This document shows positions 12,430 to 27,518 of a DNA stretch of 64,000 nt, one piece after another. The stretch is from NCBI GenBank assembly GCA_965112155.1, contig OZ218108.1. One strand, given 5' to 3'. The stretch's first letter is position 1, and each line of letters starts with the position of its first letter. The DNA comes from Podarcis liolepis. Its lineage: Eukaryota. The notes under the pieces were generated by a model. The model was not told where the DNA came from. It saw only the letters and a list, made by a program, of their open reading frames with translations, and made no database searches. The position numbers were made by a program, and so were the translations under genes.

Positions 12430-13340
12430 CCTTCCTTATTTACTCCAAATAGCCTTGTGCCATATTAAAACGATTGAAACTAAACCATAAATTAGAGAAA
12501 GAGAGTGTATGCAGTGGTTTTTTCATAATCCAGCAGCAGACAAAAGACTGTTCTTTGAACAGTACTGGAAATTTCTCATTTTCCACCCAGTTTGCATTGA
12601 TTCCCCCCCCCCCATATTCTGTATGGGCCACTTGTCATTCCACTGACATTAAGCTTCTCTTCACATCTGCAGTGTTCTCTGCAGAATGCACTGTATCCCC
12701 CGTTCTATTAGCAGCAATCTAGATAAAGGCCAACTTGACATTCCAAAGAAGAACGGGAATGTTCTAAGGAGTTTCCTTTATCATATAGTCCAAAATTTGC
12801 TTGACATTTAATGGCTCTATACTGGGGATGGGATTACAGTGAAAAACAGGAAAGTGAGATTTCTGTTGCCTGTAAAACAAATGGGAAAGGTTGGAGGAAT
12901 ACGATGGTATAAGGAATAAACACCATTTGCACAACAGCTGCTACTTCAGCCACTTGGAGAGGGGAAGCTGAGAGAAAATGAGCCCTTGGTATTTTCACAC
13001 GCAAAAGTACTTGTATTTGCAAACTGTGAATTTAATAAGCTGTGACTACTGTCAGGGTTGGCATCAACTCTTGGTATTCTTGGGCAGCTGTCAAGAGCCC
13101 AGTGACCTGGCAGGGCTCACCATTAACCGGAACCCTCTTTTTAAAATTGTTGTAAGCTGCATGGGGAGACTGGGTCTAGCTGCCATTTTAACTTCCCCCG
13201 ATGTCATAGCATTGCTCGGGAGCATTATTGGAAATTAAAATGGCAGCCTTCTACCATCCTGTGCTGCTCAGAGCACTGCTGCTTCCCATCCCCACTACCA
13301 GATTAGCCAAACAGTTGCAAAAATAAATAAAATGGAAGTA

Positions 13341-13582
13341 CAGTGGTACCTCGGGTTAAGAACTTAATTCGTTCCGGAGGTCCGTTCTTAACCTGAAACT
13401 GTTCTTAACCTGAGGTACCACTTTAGGTAATGCGGCCTCCTGCTGCTACCGCACCGCCGCCGCTCGATTTCTGTTCTCATCCTGAAGCAAAGTTCTTAAC
13501 CCAAGGTACTATTTCTGGGTTAGCAGAGTCTGTAACCTGAAGCGTCTGTAACCTGAAGCATCTGTAACCCGAGGTACCACTG
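13341..13582 (+). mobile_element. MITE family A, 242 bp
   Basis: Same TIRs and body, TA TSD. Confidence 0.9.
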
Positions 13583-16030
13583 TATACATTCATCTGACTG
13601 TAGGTTTTGTTTCATTTTGGGGAAAAATTAAAAAATATTCTTATTTTATTTGGACCAAAATAAAGAATTGTTGTTTATATTTTGAATTAGATATATATGA
13701 GGGCACCAAAAACTTTTAAGTGCTATGGGCTTCTAATGGTCTTAATCTGACTCTGATTATCATGGCTGCATTTTTTTTTGTTCAGCCACAGCAATCACAA
13801 AAATTGCTATGATTATTTTGTGTCTGCCTTGCCCTCTACCCAGTAACACAGGACCAGTGCTGCCATGCAGGAGGGTAAAGCGTCCTGGTTCAAGCAGCAC
13901 CATGAGGGAGCAATAGATGCGAGTAGAAAATGGATGCTGTGAAAAGTATTTTTAAAGTGTCGGCCCTAACAGAAGAAGAATTTGGGCGCCCAGCAGCAAA
14001 ATATCTTTGGCCAGCAGAATTGTGGTAAAGTTCCCTCAAGCAAGTGCTGGCATGGATAAGGTAAGTATTCGTGGTGACTGCCCCTACAGCTGACCCCCAA
14101 ATAGTGAGTTTTGATAACACCTTTGCTCCCTGAAAAAGTCATCCCCATCCAGAAGTTTTGGAACGCGTCACAAACCTGGGTGAAAATGTTCAGCTGCTGT
14201 GTGGCGCACAGAGAATGGGACCCTGTGTTGTCAAGGCAACCCTGTGTTCCCAAACTCTACTGTGGCAGTTTTATTGCCCATCCTCACAGCTCGGCACAAG
14301 GCAAAGGATGTTTCCTGGCATCGCTGAGGCAACTAAGCAACATGACCATTCTTGTCACTCTGTATGATGCAGCCGGGCAATAAAACCACCACAGGACAGA
14401 GTCCGGGAGGAGCACCAGCCTGCTGCCTCGACATGGTATGTTTTCCCTCCTCCCTCCTGAGTGATGTCAGTACTGCTTCATTTGCCCTCAGCGACACTGC
14501 TAAGTAGCCAAATCTGATTGGTTACATAGCTTGGGGATATAAATTCACTTGCCACAGGATCCCTAATAGATTAAGTTCACACAGTGGGGGAGAAAGAAAA
14601 CAGCATCCAGGAGAGGATCAAGAGGAAGCAGCCACAAACAATGAAAAGGGATACATTGGGGCTTCCCAGGAGTATTATACAACCACCCACCAGAAACCTT
14701 CTTTGGCTCTCCAAAAATCATATGAGTCCCAGAATCATAGAGCTCTTTCTCTTAAGATACACATCTGGTTGATTATCTTCTGGAAATGGAGCCATTTTTT
14801 GTTTGAGATGGCTATGGTTATTCTGCCACAGATGATGGAAAAGATGAAGAGTAGTTGGCATTTTAATTTAAAATGTTGTTTTGTATGGTCTATATTTGGT
14901 TTATTTTTATTCCTTGGGAGTTTTTTCTAAACCCAAGCCTTAGAAATAAGGCAGAACAGGGACTCACAAGAATTTATTTGACTACAACTTAACTGATGAG
15001 CCAGCAAAAAAGAAAAGTTCAGAATACTACCGTCGTCTAAAAATGTAACAGGATTTAATCCTTTTTTCTCTCAAATATGCTCATTGTCTTCTTTTTTTTC
15101 TTTTTTTGCACTCCGGTGTTTACACTGCAGATGAATTCCTAGACATAATTAAAGGCAGGCATACCAAGTGGGAAGGAGACATACCCACACAAATTTAGCA
15201 TGTCTCCAGCTTTTCTAAAGGCAACTTTTCAGGATATTTAATTCATAAACAGAGCATACTGCTATAACCTGGCGCCCTCAAAGATGGCCCAAACATTTGG
15301 ATAATGAGAACTTCAGATACACTAGGCAGCTATTTATATTTGCATTGAAACATATTAGTGTAAAGACATAGATATGGAAGGCAAACAACTACATCAGATA
15401 ATGCAGTTTCAAATGACGATGCCTAATGTGAAGGGAGTTCTATTTTATTTTATTCAGGATGATTCTAATGAGCTCCACGATAAGTCATAAGGTTAAAAGT
15501 GGTAGACTTGGACAACCAGACTACTAGAATTACATATAGACTCTTAGAAGCTTCTGCAGCTTTATTGCTTTACAGACCATAATGACTGATATAATGGCTT
15601 CGTCTCTTCATATAATTACAATAATACATACACAGTGCTTTTAATCTTCAAAGCACTTCATATACTTAATTGAAAAGGAGTGATCCAATGTCTAGCCTAG
15701 TGATAAAAACTAAAAATGTGTGCCAATTAGACCTGTCAAACAAAAATGTGGGTTTTAACCAATTGAAAACCAAAATAAACTTCTCTAGGAGTACTTCAGT
15801 TACCCTTCCTTGGGTTTCTAAGAACCTGAAGGCACTAATTTCTGTAACTGCTGCAACCACAAACCACAGACCTCTGAACATTTTTTTTCCCATTTCCAAT
15901 ATCCAAAGAATCATGAAATCAGAAATAAGCATGCATATACATTGGTATCATGGCTCAGATATTTGAAGGTGTACAGTTACATGAGCACATTATCTACTCT
16001 GAGCAGATTCATTTACATGTCTAGATAGGG

Positions 16031-16145
16031 TAAGGTTACCAGATTTTTTTCAGTGAATCCGAGGACACTTCAATGAATTTTGTATGGGGACTGATTTGTA
16101 AATCCGGGGACTGTCCCCGGGAAACGGGGATGTCTGGTAACCTTA
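16031..16145. mobile_element. 115-bp derivative of the 5287-5802 hAT family
   Basis: TIR TAAGGTTACCAGA / TCTGGTAACCTTA; degenerate TSD AGATAGGG / ATATAGCG. Confidence 0.8.
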
Positions 16146-17970
16146 ATATAGCGTCTTATGCAGCCAAAGAGAACCCCATTAATTGCTGGGCTGTGTCCAA
16201 CTGGTGTTGACCCAGTTCAGCAACTGGCCTGACAGTGGCTTTGCCCTGCCAAGGATGTGAACTCTTGATTTTTGTTGAGGAGATTCCAGCTCTTGTTCTT
16301 GTGACTCTCACTCTGTTGTCAACAATCTTGGACCCAAGGATATCTACTAACTGGACACGTATTTTGGCTCATTTTCTTTTTCTGTACTAAATACAAGATA
16401 AATCTAGTTCAGGGGGAAACAGAGTAAACTGAAACATAGCCTGACAATAAGTGAATGAGGGCTACTGTAAGGTATCCATGTATCTATAGCTAATGAAAAA
16501 ATAAACTGTGTAGTCAAAGCGTCTATTTAAACAGCTGCATATAGAACATAATTACTTTTTTTCTTTTTTAAAAATGAAATTTTCAGATGAGCGTCCATCA
16601 CACAAGCACTCTGCCCATGGTTGGGCTAGTATAGATTACAGCATGAACATCTGGTCTGAATTGTTGCAACGTGACCCTGCATTATACTGCATGCTTTCTT
16701 ATTGCGGGTTAAGGATGAGAATAGAAAATTATGGTTTGCGCTCATGATAAACAATCTGGATGATCCACTTCACCTCAGAAAAGGCTTGTTCCCATAACTG
16801 GCACATGTTAAAGAGTGTTTCACAGAATTTTGTCTGCAGAATCCCAGAAACTCGGTGCAGTTCCTCTTCTAAGTTCCATTCCTTGCTGTGCTTAGATTGC
16901 ATGGCCATGTTAATCCAATACATGAAAACATCCAAGGCTCATATGGTAGCCTTGGGGTACAATAGTATGTGAAATGGGGCCTGGAATTTATGCTGTATGG
17001 GGTGCTTTAGCAGTGTGCCCTGCAGCAATGTGAGCTGAAAAGTCTTTCAGCTATAAAATTGCTGTTCTCCAATCTTCAGATAATTGTCAGCTACAGATGA
17101 AAGACATCTGTTGTTCCAGTTTCCCCACCCCCACCTCTGTTCTTTTCATATGCGGTTTTCCTTCAGGGAACATTATTGGTCCGCATAATAATTACCGTAT
17201 GTATGAAAAAGGAAAGTGGAAATCTATCATTTCAAACGCTCTAAAATAACAATAAAATTTGCTGATGGGAGAAGCTGGAGTTTATGCATGCAAGAAGTTG
17301 TCTTCATACCTTCGAGGCAGATTCCTATAAGTCCATTCCGCACCTGAGTGTTAAAACTGTAATTGTGGAAAGTATTTCAGGTGAAGGGTTAGATGCCTCT
17401 TCCTGGACACACTGTGCCACTTGTTTTCAGCAGGTAGATGGCAGCCCACAGCTGAGTCACCACCTGACTTAAAGTGGGTCAGAAGGGCATCAGTGCTGCC
17501 ATCTTTTCCTTTTTAAAGTACGTTTAATTTGCTTAAGTCTCCCACAACATTAGGCACCGATAACCTCGGGGCCTAATGGGCCCAGCTGTAGGAAACTCTG
17601 TGTCATTTGGTTTTCTGTGCAGTTCTTGTTGGTGGAAAAAAATAGAGCTTCTTGATGCCAAGATCCAGGTTTGGCATAAGTACTCTTTGGTGAGAGAATC
17701 CCTGCAGAGATTTAAAATCAAATCACAAAATTTGTGGAAATATAGGCTGCTAGACCTTTAAAATATGCCCTTCTGGGTGAGTTCCAACTTTTCCTCTTCC
17801 CCTAGCACAGGAAAAGACTACACATTTGTTAAGTTAAAAAAAATGGTTTACTTACAAACTCTCCAAAGGTCCGCTTCATGTGCTTTTCCACAGATCAGTC
17901 AGAAAAGTTGCACAGGCAATAAAACTTAGCTTAGTTATAAAGTAGTAAAAGTTCTTTTACTCTACCATTT

Positions 17971-18105
17971 CATAGAATGGTAGAGTTGGAAGTGACCCTG
18001 AGGGTCATCTAGTCCAACCCCCTGCAATGCAGAAATACGCAGCTGTCCCATACAGGGATCAAACTTGCAACCTTGGCGTTATCACCACCACGGTATAACC
18101 AACTG
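17971..18105 (-). mobile_element. SINE with tRNA-Ile-like head and CR1-derived tail
   Basis: Head resembles CAGTTGGTTAGAGCGTGGTGCT.ATAACGCCAAGGT; tail matches the CR1 3' UTR at 27519-27575. Confidence 0.8.
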
Positions 18106-18904
18106 TATTAACCTTCCCTTCTTCAGGAGCTCAGGGGAAAGTATCTCTGTTTCTCCTATTTTATCCTTACAAACTTTACCTTTGAGCGTATAATTTAATT
18201 TGGTTAATGAAGTGGAATTTAGGCTGCAATCTTATACTCACTTAAGGCAAACAGTGCAATCCTATACACACCTCTCTGGGAGTAAATTTTATTGCATTCA
18301 GTATGGCTTAATGCTGAGTAGGCCTGCACTGTTAACCTTCACACCCCCAGTTCTGTTTATATTATTATATTATATTAATTTGGCCATTTTCAAATTAGAC
18401 TGCAATTGGCATCAATCTTTTTAAGTTACCTGAACAGAAAATCTGCAGATAGTCTAGTGAGGCTATCATGAAGAGCGGTGTGGCTTTTTTTAAAAAAGCA
18501 GGAACCTTGTATATGGAAAGGTTTTCAGTTCAGTGGATAACAGCAGCTTTTTAAAAAGCTCACATTGGAGAGATGGCAAACCAAACTATTGATTTGACTT
18601 GGTACAAGGCAGCCCTTGGAAGGAAAAATAGGATCATAAAATTAAGATCTAGTAATAGCTAATATTTACCCAATATTTACTGATCCATTCTTTTGGTTCA
18701 AATTCAGCCTTTTTCTGTTTTCAAAGTTCTTCCCAACAAAGGTTTTCTGAAGTTGCCAAGGTATTTTTGCTGAATAACTAGTAATGTGTGGTGGTTAAGA
18801 TTAGGGACTACCAGAAGTGTTTCAGAAAACAGTTTTGGGCTAGGTTTTTAAACATTTTGAGCTCCTCCTGAACTGCTGAAGAATTTCATCGCTCCCCTGG
18901 AGTA

Positions 18905-19130
18905 CAGTGGTACCTCAGGTTACATACGCTTCAGGTTACAGACTCCGCTAACCCAGAAATATTACCGCAGGTTAAGAACTTTACTTCAGGATGAGAACAG
19001 AAATTGTGCTCCGGCGGCGCGGCAGCAGCAGGAGGCCCCATTAGCTAAAGTGGTGCTTCAGGTTAAGAACAGTTTCAGGTTAAGTATGGACCTCTGGAAT
19101 GAATTAAGTACTTAACCCGAGGTACCACTG
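18905..19130 (-). mobile_element. MITE family A, 226 bp, inverted
   Basis: Reverse-complement copy, TA TSD. Confidence 0.9.
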
Positions 19131-19969
19131 TATATTCAGCAATTGAAAGTTAGGCAAAGAAAAACAGCTGTCCTGTTTTTGCCAGCCATGTGCACAACTG
19201 TGAATCCAGTTTTCATATAGTTAAATATTTTATTTGTTTAAATATTTATTGGCTGCACTTTCAATATAGCACAGCAATATTTATCTACCTATATAATAAA
19301 AATCTAAGAGTGTCATGATGGTGCAGTTTGCTAGGCCCCAGATAGGTGGTGCTATGAACTGCAGAACAGTGACAAACTGGTTAGTTTCCCCCAGGAAAAA
19401 AGAGCGGGGAGGAAAGAAAGAGCATCTCAGAGCATGTTCTGTTACAAGTTTACACTGGCATTTGCTTGAGCTTTCCAGCTTCATTCGCTGGCTTGACGTT
19501 TGATGTGCCAACACAGTCAAGCACACCACCCATCGCTATCCATGACGCATCATGCAGCAATCTGTGAGAATCAATCCCCGTCACTGGTAAAGCAGGACCT
19601 GTCTTGCATTTGCCTTGTGTTATTTGATTCCACACACAAAATCCCAAACAGAACAAGGTATGAATTACCAAGTACCGTTAAAGAGATAAGCCTATAGATG
19701 GGAGAGGCAAAAACAAGCTTTGTTTTCTTCCCAGTTAGCCCTGATTGGATCTGAAAAGCCAAACAGCTTAAAGGGTATTAGGGAACATAGTAAACTTTCA
19801 TATCCACAAGTTAAGTTTCATATCCACAAGCTAGTAGCCACTGATAGTCCTCTCCTCCATGAATTTGTCAAATCATCTTTTAAAGCCATCCAAGTTGGCT
19901 ATCACTACCTCCTGGGGGCATTCTGAAAGAATTTCATGTGGCCTGATATCTCTTAATTTTTTAACACTG

Positions 19970-20605
19970 TGTTATAAGAATTTTAAGGTCTCAAACATAG
20001 AATAAATATTCATAAATGCACACATATCTAATTATATGAACCATATGTCATTGAAATAGTATGGGCAAGCAATCCTGAAGCCATTTTGACTCTCCCAATG
20101 ACCTCAAATATTCTGCTGCAGTAGGAGAGGCAAATGGGGAAAGCCTTCCCATTGTCTTTTCCCTTGCAAATCCTGTCTTAAGGTCGTATTTGTGTATGAA
20201 TAGGGTGAGCCTGTGACCTGGACTCAGGAACTAAAGGATTAGCCATCACAAAAGAATGGCCAGGCTGCCCAGGTAATGCAGTCAGTGACCATTATCAGGT
20301 GTCCTGGAAGAAGGATTTCTGCTGTATGTATGTATTATGTTGGGGGGGGGGTCTTGGGCTACAGTGTGGGCAATTTCAAAATTCTATGTAAGGGCTTGCA
20401 AACCATTGTTCAGGGTTCTCCTCCCTCCTGTATGTGGTGAGTTGGGACCCTGTTGCAACAATTCCTTCAATAAAGGTCAGGTTTACTAGTCGCTTTGCTT
20501 CTCAATATACCCTGGCTGGCCTCTGTTTTCTCCTACCAATTAAGGGCTCTATACAGGCTCTGGAATACCCCACATAAGGGAAAAGCGGCAGTTTTTCTTA
20601 TAACA
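19970..20605 (+). mobile_element. Solo LTR, 636 bp (ERV-like)
   Basis: 11-bp inverted termini TGTTATAAGAA/TTCTTATAACA, flanks ACTG/ACTA (4-bp TSD with one mismatch), AATAAA 20469-20474, homologous to 57789-58785. Confidence 0.82.
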
Positions 20606-20799
20606 ACTATAAGATGCTTCAGTTGTGGGCTTGGATTTCAAATCAAACCAGGGACTGAAAATAAATATCTCCATATATATATTTGTGAATCTTTGTACTT
20701 TTGTCCATTTACTCTATTTATTTTTCCAGATCTGAACTATAAAATGGTGGTTTTCTTGAGTCAAAATGAGAGTAACCTTAAATATTTGTTTAGGAGGGG

Positions 20800-20846
<47 letters not shown>

Positions 20847-21060
20847 ATTCTTAGCAACACATTGTCACCCTTTAAATTAAGATCTCCAACTAAAGGAAAT
20901 CTGATTTCTCCTATGTGTTTCTTAGTGGTGGTGTTTAATTCCACCTAACAACTTCCTTAGATAATTCCAGTTTTCTGATGCCTTTTTTTTGTCATCAGTT
21001 CTGGTTTGGATTGGGCACTGACATCTAAGCATCTAAGCATGCAAGCCTGAAACCTGTACC

Positions 21061-21192
21061 CAGGGCTGTTTTTCTAGAAAAAGAGGTGCTAGAACTCACT
21101 ACGAACACCTCCCTCTTTAGAATGGCAACGGTACCCACCTGAGAGGTGCCGGAACAGAGTTCCGCCAAGTTCCGGCTGAAAAAAAAGCTTTG
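21061..21192. mobile_element. hAT-type MITE
   Basis: CAGGGCTGTTTTTC / GAAAAAAAAGCTTTG termini; internal GTTCCG repeats. Confidence 0.6.
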
Positions 21193-22002
21193 CCTCACTC
21201 AAAAGAGATTCTATGTTGAAAATGGGGGCAGCAGGGGAGAGAGAGAGAGAGAGCTGAATATTATCTGAACAAAGTCTGATTTAGTAAGTCCTGCTTAGTG
21301 TGGCCACTGACACAGTGCAAAAAAAGAGGGGACAAAGATAGCACAGGTTTGTATAAAATGCGCACATACTAATTAATATATATAGGTGCAAATTTAATAG
21401 TAATTATTATTTAACTACAAATGGAATAAATTGTACTTGTGCTCCTTACTACTCTTGTTAGCTTTTTACTGCTCTATTCTTACAACATAAAATTATATTG
21501 CAGGCAAGGGATGTACCGTAAATGATTGCCTCTGATACCAGAGATAGCCATCATGACTAAAAGCCATTGATAACTTATTTACCCAAAATTTGTCTAACCC
21601 CACTTTCAAAACTGTCCAAGTTCTCAACCATCTCTATAACTTGTGCTAGAAAAAAATTCAGGGTTTCACTAAGTATGGATGTGCCTTTGTAGACTTAGAG
21701 GTTGTACCTGTACACATCTTCAGGAACATAATTTTTATTTTTTTAACAAAAATTAGTCCAATCATGTTTTCAGTGGGATTCCTTGCCTTCCTGAGAATAA
21801 TGATTTGGTGGGGTAGGGAGCCTGGGGCAGCACAAACATATTTAATAGATCACCCTATCTGTCAAAACATGTCAGCGATGCCATATCATACTTTACTAGA
21901 GTTCAAGCATGCAAATGGGAACACGCTTAAGCAGATAATTTTATGTGGCAATATAAAATAGGAATGTATCTAAGTGGGTAATTAGCCATTCCTTGTGGGG
22001 CA

Positions 22003-22174
22003 CATGGGTGTAGCCAGGGGGGCAGGGGGGCAACTGCCCCCTAAATCAAGTAAATAAATGAAAATACTTACTGTAACTAACTGTCCAATCGAGTTACAGA
22101 TAGCTCAGTTCTGCACCCCCTTACAAAAGTCTTTCCCCACCCCCACCCCAGCATAAATCCTGGCTACACCCATT
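22003..22174. mobile_element. hAT-type MITE
   Basis: ATGGGTGTAGCCAGG / CCTGGCTACACCCAT inverted repeat; flanks GTGGGGCA/GTGGGATA. Confidence 0.75.
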
Positions 22175-25100
22175 GTGGGATAATGGAACCTGTTTTCCAG
22201 CAAAACAACCGATCTGGGGGCAGGGGGTGAGAAAATGCTTAATTGCCATTCATATTTCTGTAGTACTTTAGCTATTCTTATTTCACATACACCAGCCTTG
22301 CAAAGCTTTATCTGCGACATAGTTGGAGCAAAACTACGGTACAACAAACCTAAAACCTACACACACACCACATGTTGTACCAGGGAACTAGAGAAACCTA
22401 TCTCATTCAACTACCACATAAAATGTGCTTATTGACCATGTTTCTGACTAGCAGAACCACAGTGATTAAAAACTGGTTAAGCAAGGTTCTTCCTTCCCTT
22501 AGCGTGGATCGAGCAACAATGCTTTCTGCTGACAGATACAAACTGTACATTGTAAGTGAGTAAAATGCAGTGTAACTTGCTCTGGGATCCCTTTGTTACA
22601 AATGCTTACCAATCAGTTGAAGCCAATGACTGAGTTGTTTGTTATCCTCTCTTTTCTGCTATGACTCATAAATCTCCCCAAGACAGGTTGATGGGACAAC
22701 TAGGCTGCATGCAAATTACATTGTATTATTGCTTCCCCCCCCCCCCCAGTCTTATTTGACCTTTCTTTTTCTTTCTTTCTGGTGGGTTTTTTTGGGGGGG
22801 AGGTGTATGATGGGAGCATTTTTTATTTTAAAGGAAATAGAAAGAGCAATTTAAAAGACTTAGACTATTCAGCTGTTACGTTGTGTTCTAACTTTGGGCA
22901 TCTTAATTTATCTCCGTACGATGGTGCCAATTATAATAAATGCCACTCGTTGAATGTAGATACACAAAGAAAAGTTAGCAATGTAGTACATCTTCACTAA
23001 TGGGGAAATGGTCGTGAATTGAGCAGTCTTAAATCAAGCTGAGGAAGGGCAACCGTGAACCAATGTGAAAAGAATTGCCTTTCCCCTCCAACATCCAATG
23101 CAATTTTTTTCCATCATAAAGGAACATAATGAAAAACATATGGTGGGCATGCTAGCTCTAGTAAGCTTCCTATAATAGAGATAAATTGCCACTTTAGCAC
23201 CACTTGTATCCATGAGCAAAATGTACATTGACATTTTAATGAGGACTAGTATGGCTGGTTGCTGTTCTACGAATTTAATGCTCTGGGTGTGGAGGCTCTC
23301 AACACTATCGCACAGGATGGTGCTTCAGGCAAACCAAGTGAGACATCAGTACAAAGCCACCAAGAGCTTTTTAAAGATAGGCTGAGATTTCTGACGCCAA
23401 CAAAGGCGGATGAAATAGATGGCTGATCGTCCTGATACCTTGGAGAAATGGCACTGGGTTTTCAACAGAGATTGGAGGAAGATTGTCTGAAGAAAGTGCA
23501 GGACTGAGAGTGAAGACATTTTTGTTCCCTCTTTTCACTTTCTCTTAAAATAATAATAAAAAAGCCTGGATAAATCATTCCATCTCAGTGTGTCCTTCCT
23601 TACTGTCTCCACTTTTTCTGCAATGTCGCATCCATTATGAAGAAATCCATTTGTCTCTACACAAAGGCTTAAAATATAACAGTAAGTTTTCAAAAAATGA
23701 CCATCTCCTCATGAACTCATGAATATGAACAGGATTGTCACAGAAGTATTCAAGACAAGGTCCCCCTTATTCCCTGGATATGTGAGACCATTCAATCCAT
23801 AGAAAAGGTGCTTTCAGCCAATCCCCAAATGCCATTTTGCACAAACTTTGGCAAAAGCTGCTTTGGCTAACACATTTAAAGCACTCTTATATCACTTTAA
23901 CAGTTGTGGCTTCTCTCCACCAACACAAAAAATTCTGGGAACTGTAGTTTGGTAAGGGTGCTGGTGACTGTAGTACTATTGAGGCTGAACTACGGTTCCC
24001 ATGATTCTTTTGCTGAATCTATGACTACTAAAGTGGTATAAATGTGCTTGAAAGGTATGGTGTGGGTGTGTCCCGAGTATATTGGTGCCCTTCCAACGTC
24101 CTATTTTTGAAGCCCCCTTCTTCTTAGCTAGGGGAAAAGCGGAATATTTGTTAGCCAGTGTTTTGCTTTTGCTTTTTGCATTTTTTGTTTTTTTAAAAAC
24201 CTAATATCTTATTTGTGATCCAAAAGATCAACAGTGTCCACACACAACAGGGCCATCACAAGGTGGCTGTACCCTCTTTAACAACCTAATAAATGCAGGG
24301 AAACAGTTGCATACCTGCCAAGTGACCTGGCGGGAAATCTCATTTTTTTCACACAAGATCTCAGCGTCCGTTTTAGGTGCCATGATCTTGCACATTCTTG
24401 GGCTGTTCTCTAGCCCCCAAAAAAGCACTTGGGGGGGGGCTAGAGCACAGAGCACATCATGTGACACACCCAGGAACTCATCCCAAAAGACGTGCACCCC
24501 AGTTTTGGATCCAAAAAAGTTAGACGGTATGGAGTTGTAGAATATTAAAATAATACACATACACTCATTTCAGTGATAGAAACTACACACTAAAAGACCG
24601 GAAGATGTTGGGTACATATGGCCAGTATTTTCCTGAGACTAAGCAATGCTTTCCAGGCAGCAGAGATGAATGAAAAAGAAGACTTCATGTCTCTCCCTCT
24701 CTCTCTTTCTCTCTCTCTGTCTTTCTCTTTCTCTCTTTCTCTCCTGGTCCCTGGCAAGAACCTCCAGAGGTTGCAGGAAAATGATCAAGAAGTGGTTGCA
24801 AGATGTGTTTCTTCACAAGGGTGTGGATGCAAATCCATCCCCTTAATAAAAAAATAAAAAAGTGTACCATGCAAATGTGTCCTAATTAAAAAAAATAAAA
24901 ACTTCATTATATTCCATCCTTGCTAGCTTAAAGAGTTGCATCACCTGAATGTGAAAGGACAAATAAAATGGCAAAATATGCCCATCTTCTTCTTGTGCTA
25001 CAACATTTTCTCATGTTATAAGTTGTGGCTCAGAACCTGAACACAGTTTTCAAGAACAAATGAAAAACTGAAGTAAGGGCCACAGCAATTCACTTTCATC

Positions 25101-27046
25101 CTTTTCTGTCTCAGCGTGTAAGAGTGTGGGTGTGGTTCCGAAAACAAAGGCCAGGTGAGTTAGAACTTAATCATCACCATATACTACGATACAGGCTCAA
25201 CAACTTATTCACTGAAACCACTGTTGTCCTTAATTTGGCTATTGCTCAAACGATGAACTGAAATTAATACTCAGTTTTACCATCATAGAGTATTAATTCA
25301 AACTAGTGAAACAGCAGGCATTTATTGACAGGGCTGATTCTTCTGAAATCAGGAAGGATTTCAATATAGGGTGTCCAATTTCAGCCCATGCAAAGGGCCT
25401 TTCAGTCCATGTTTACCAAACTACTCTAACCTTTAAAATCCTTCTCAAACTTCCTTGCATAATCATTTGAAGTCATGAGTGTGCGTGTGACTATCAGACG
25501 CATGCAAGCCTTTATCAGAACATTGCACACTGCATTTTGTTCACAGACTGACCTTACCTTCCTTCTTCCTCCCATGTTATTCCCATTGCCTCTCAAATAT
25601 TACTTTCAAAAATGGCTCAGGTCGTACAGTGAGTAGTCAAATAAACACATATTCCTTTTTATAGAGGATTCCTTGAGATCAGTTCCTTGTTGCCTCTGTC
25701 ATCAGCAGTTCCTCTTCCACAATCTCATCCAATATGACAGCCTATGTGAATTCCTACCTGGAAGCCAGGTTCACATAGACATATGCATGGAATGTCGACT
25801 AGATGGTACCGTAATAATTCTCTGCATACATGGTGTGCATTCAGTGACAAATTTCTGCTTGCAATTTTTCAGTATAGCTACACTGGCTCCTAATACATTT
25901 CCAAGCCCCATTTAAATATATTTGTGTCCTAGAGATGACCACCACACAGTTTAATTCTGTTACACAAGCACTACTAAACCTGGCAGAGCAATTAAGGACC
26001 CCAGGACTTTGCTTGCCATTACTGCAGTTCATTTACATCTGTAGCAACATTGCCATGATCCTCACGTGATTAACTGCATGGTGATTTCACTGTACTGCAT
26101 CTGCTGCTATCTTTGCCTCTCCCTTTCCATCGTTCTTTCCGGTGAATCTTTGTGGTGCTTTAGCTGGCTAATTTTTTGGTGACCAAGATGATGGGAATGT
26201 GCTTAGAGGGAAGGAGAGATTCTGTCTGTGGCTTGGTGGTGTAGTTTTTCATCCTCTTGCATAATTTATATTTCGCGGTGTGTTTTTGTATCGTAATTTC
26301 CATATCTACTTTTTTTGTAGCAAGTATCTAAGAAATCAAGATAAGGTTAAGGATGTTTGTCCTACAATAAACATGTGGCACAGTGATCTGTATAAAGGGA
26401 CGTACAAATTTCTCCATGGAACTCAACTTCTGTATAAGAATTTCACCAGTTCTGATGAGACTTCAATGCAATATAAGCCTGTAACAGTAATGCCCCTGGA
26501 AGACTAACAGTCTGCTTTTTCCTTCCAGTGTGAACCTTCAATTATTCTATCCACCAAGCCAAGTGTACTCCTGACAGATCACTCATCATCAGAGATGTCA
26601 AAGTCCTAAAATAGACTCTATGCCTGCCTGTGATTTATAAAATTCATGCAGCTTTAGGGAACAATTATATTTCATTTACTTCAAGTGCTCTTTGCTTAAC
26701 AGGCTGCTTCTTGCATGTTAAGTGGGGTGATTTCTAGCAGGAGGGGGGAAATGTAGAATTGGAAGGTGCTGCAACCTCCTTTTAAAAAAGAAAGGATATG
26801 TTGTAGACATTAGAAATCAGACAGTATAAATCTTTTTACAGCTTTAAATATATTTTAAATAATTAAAAATAATATATAATAATAATATGAAATAACAATA
26901 TATACTGAAGATAATGAGATTCACATTTTCTCATCTGTATAGATGTTGCTCCCACATAACTTGCTTCAGATTGTCTGTGGGAGGAAGGAGGAATCTTTAT
27001 ATAAATTAATCAGACTTTTCAGACTTGTCGCATCATGGATGTACCT

Positions 27047-27338
27047 CAGTGGTGGAGAAACCCTCTTCAGCACCCGGGGCGGGATGCCAAGGGGCGGGAC
27101 GAACCACCCAGTGATGCACGTGCGGCATCCATATGGACTGTGCACGTGCGGCAGCCCATATGGACAGTGCACAAGAGCAGCAGCCTGGAAGGACACCGCG
27201 CAAGCGGCGCTCATACTGTCTGCACGCACCCTTGATTGCTCTACAGCCGGGGGGAGGCAGGGGCCATCTTGTCACACACACCCCAGAGTGGCACCCAGGG
27301 CAGCCCGCCCCCTGCGCCCCCCACTTTGTACGCCCCTG
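27047..27338. mobile_element. GC-rich non-autonomous hAT element, 292 bp
   Basis: TSD ATGTACCT/ACGTACCT, CAG...CTG ends, internal duplication CCATATGGAC.GTGCAC. Confidence 0.8.
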
Positions 27339-27518
27339 ACGTACCTAATCTCAATTTATCTTGTCAGTATCAGGTTGGTGATTGATTCATTATATGTTTA
27401 CTGTCAGAAATTCCAGGTAAAAAAAAATGTTCTCCTTTTTCCCTATTAGGAGGAGGGAAGAGGCATTTTTGTATGAGAAAAATGTATGACTCAGGCCTGG
27501 GAATCAAAAGGCTGAAAC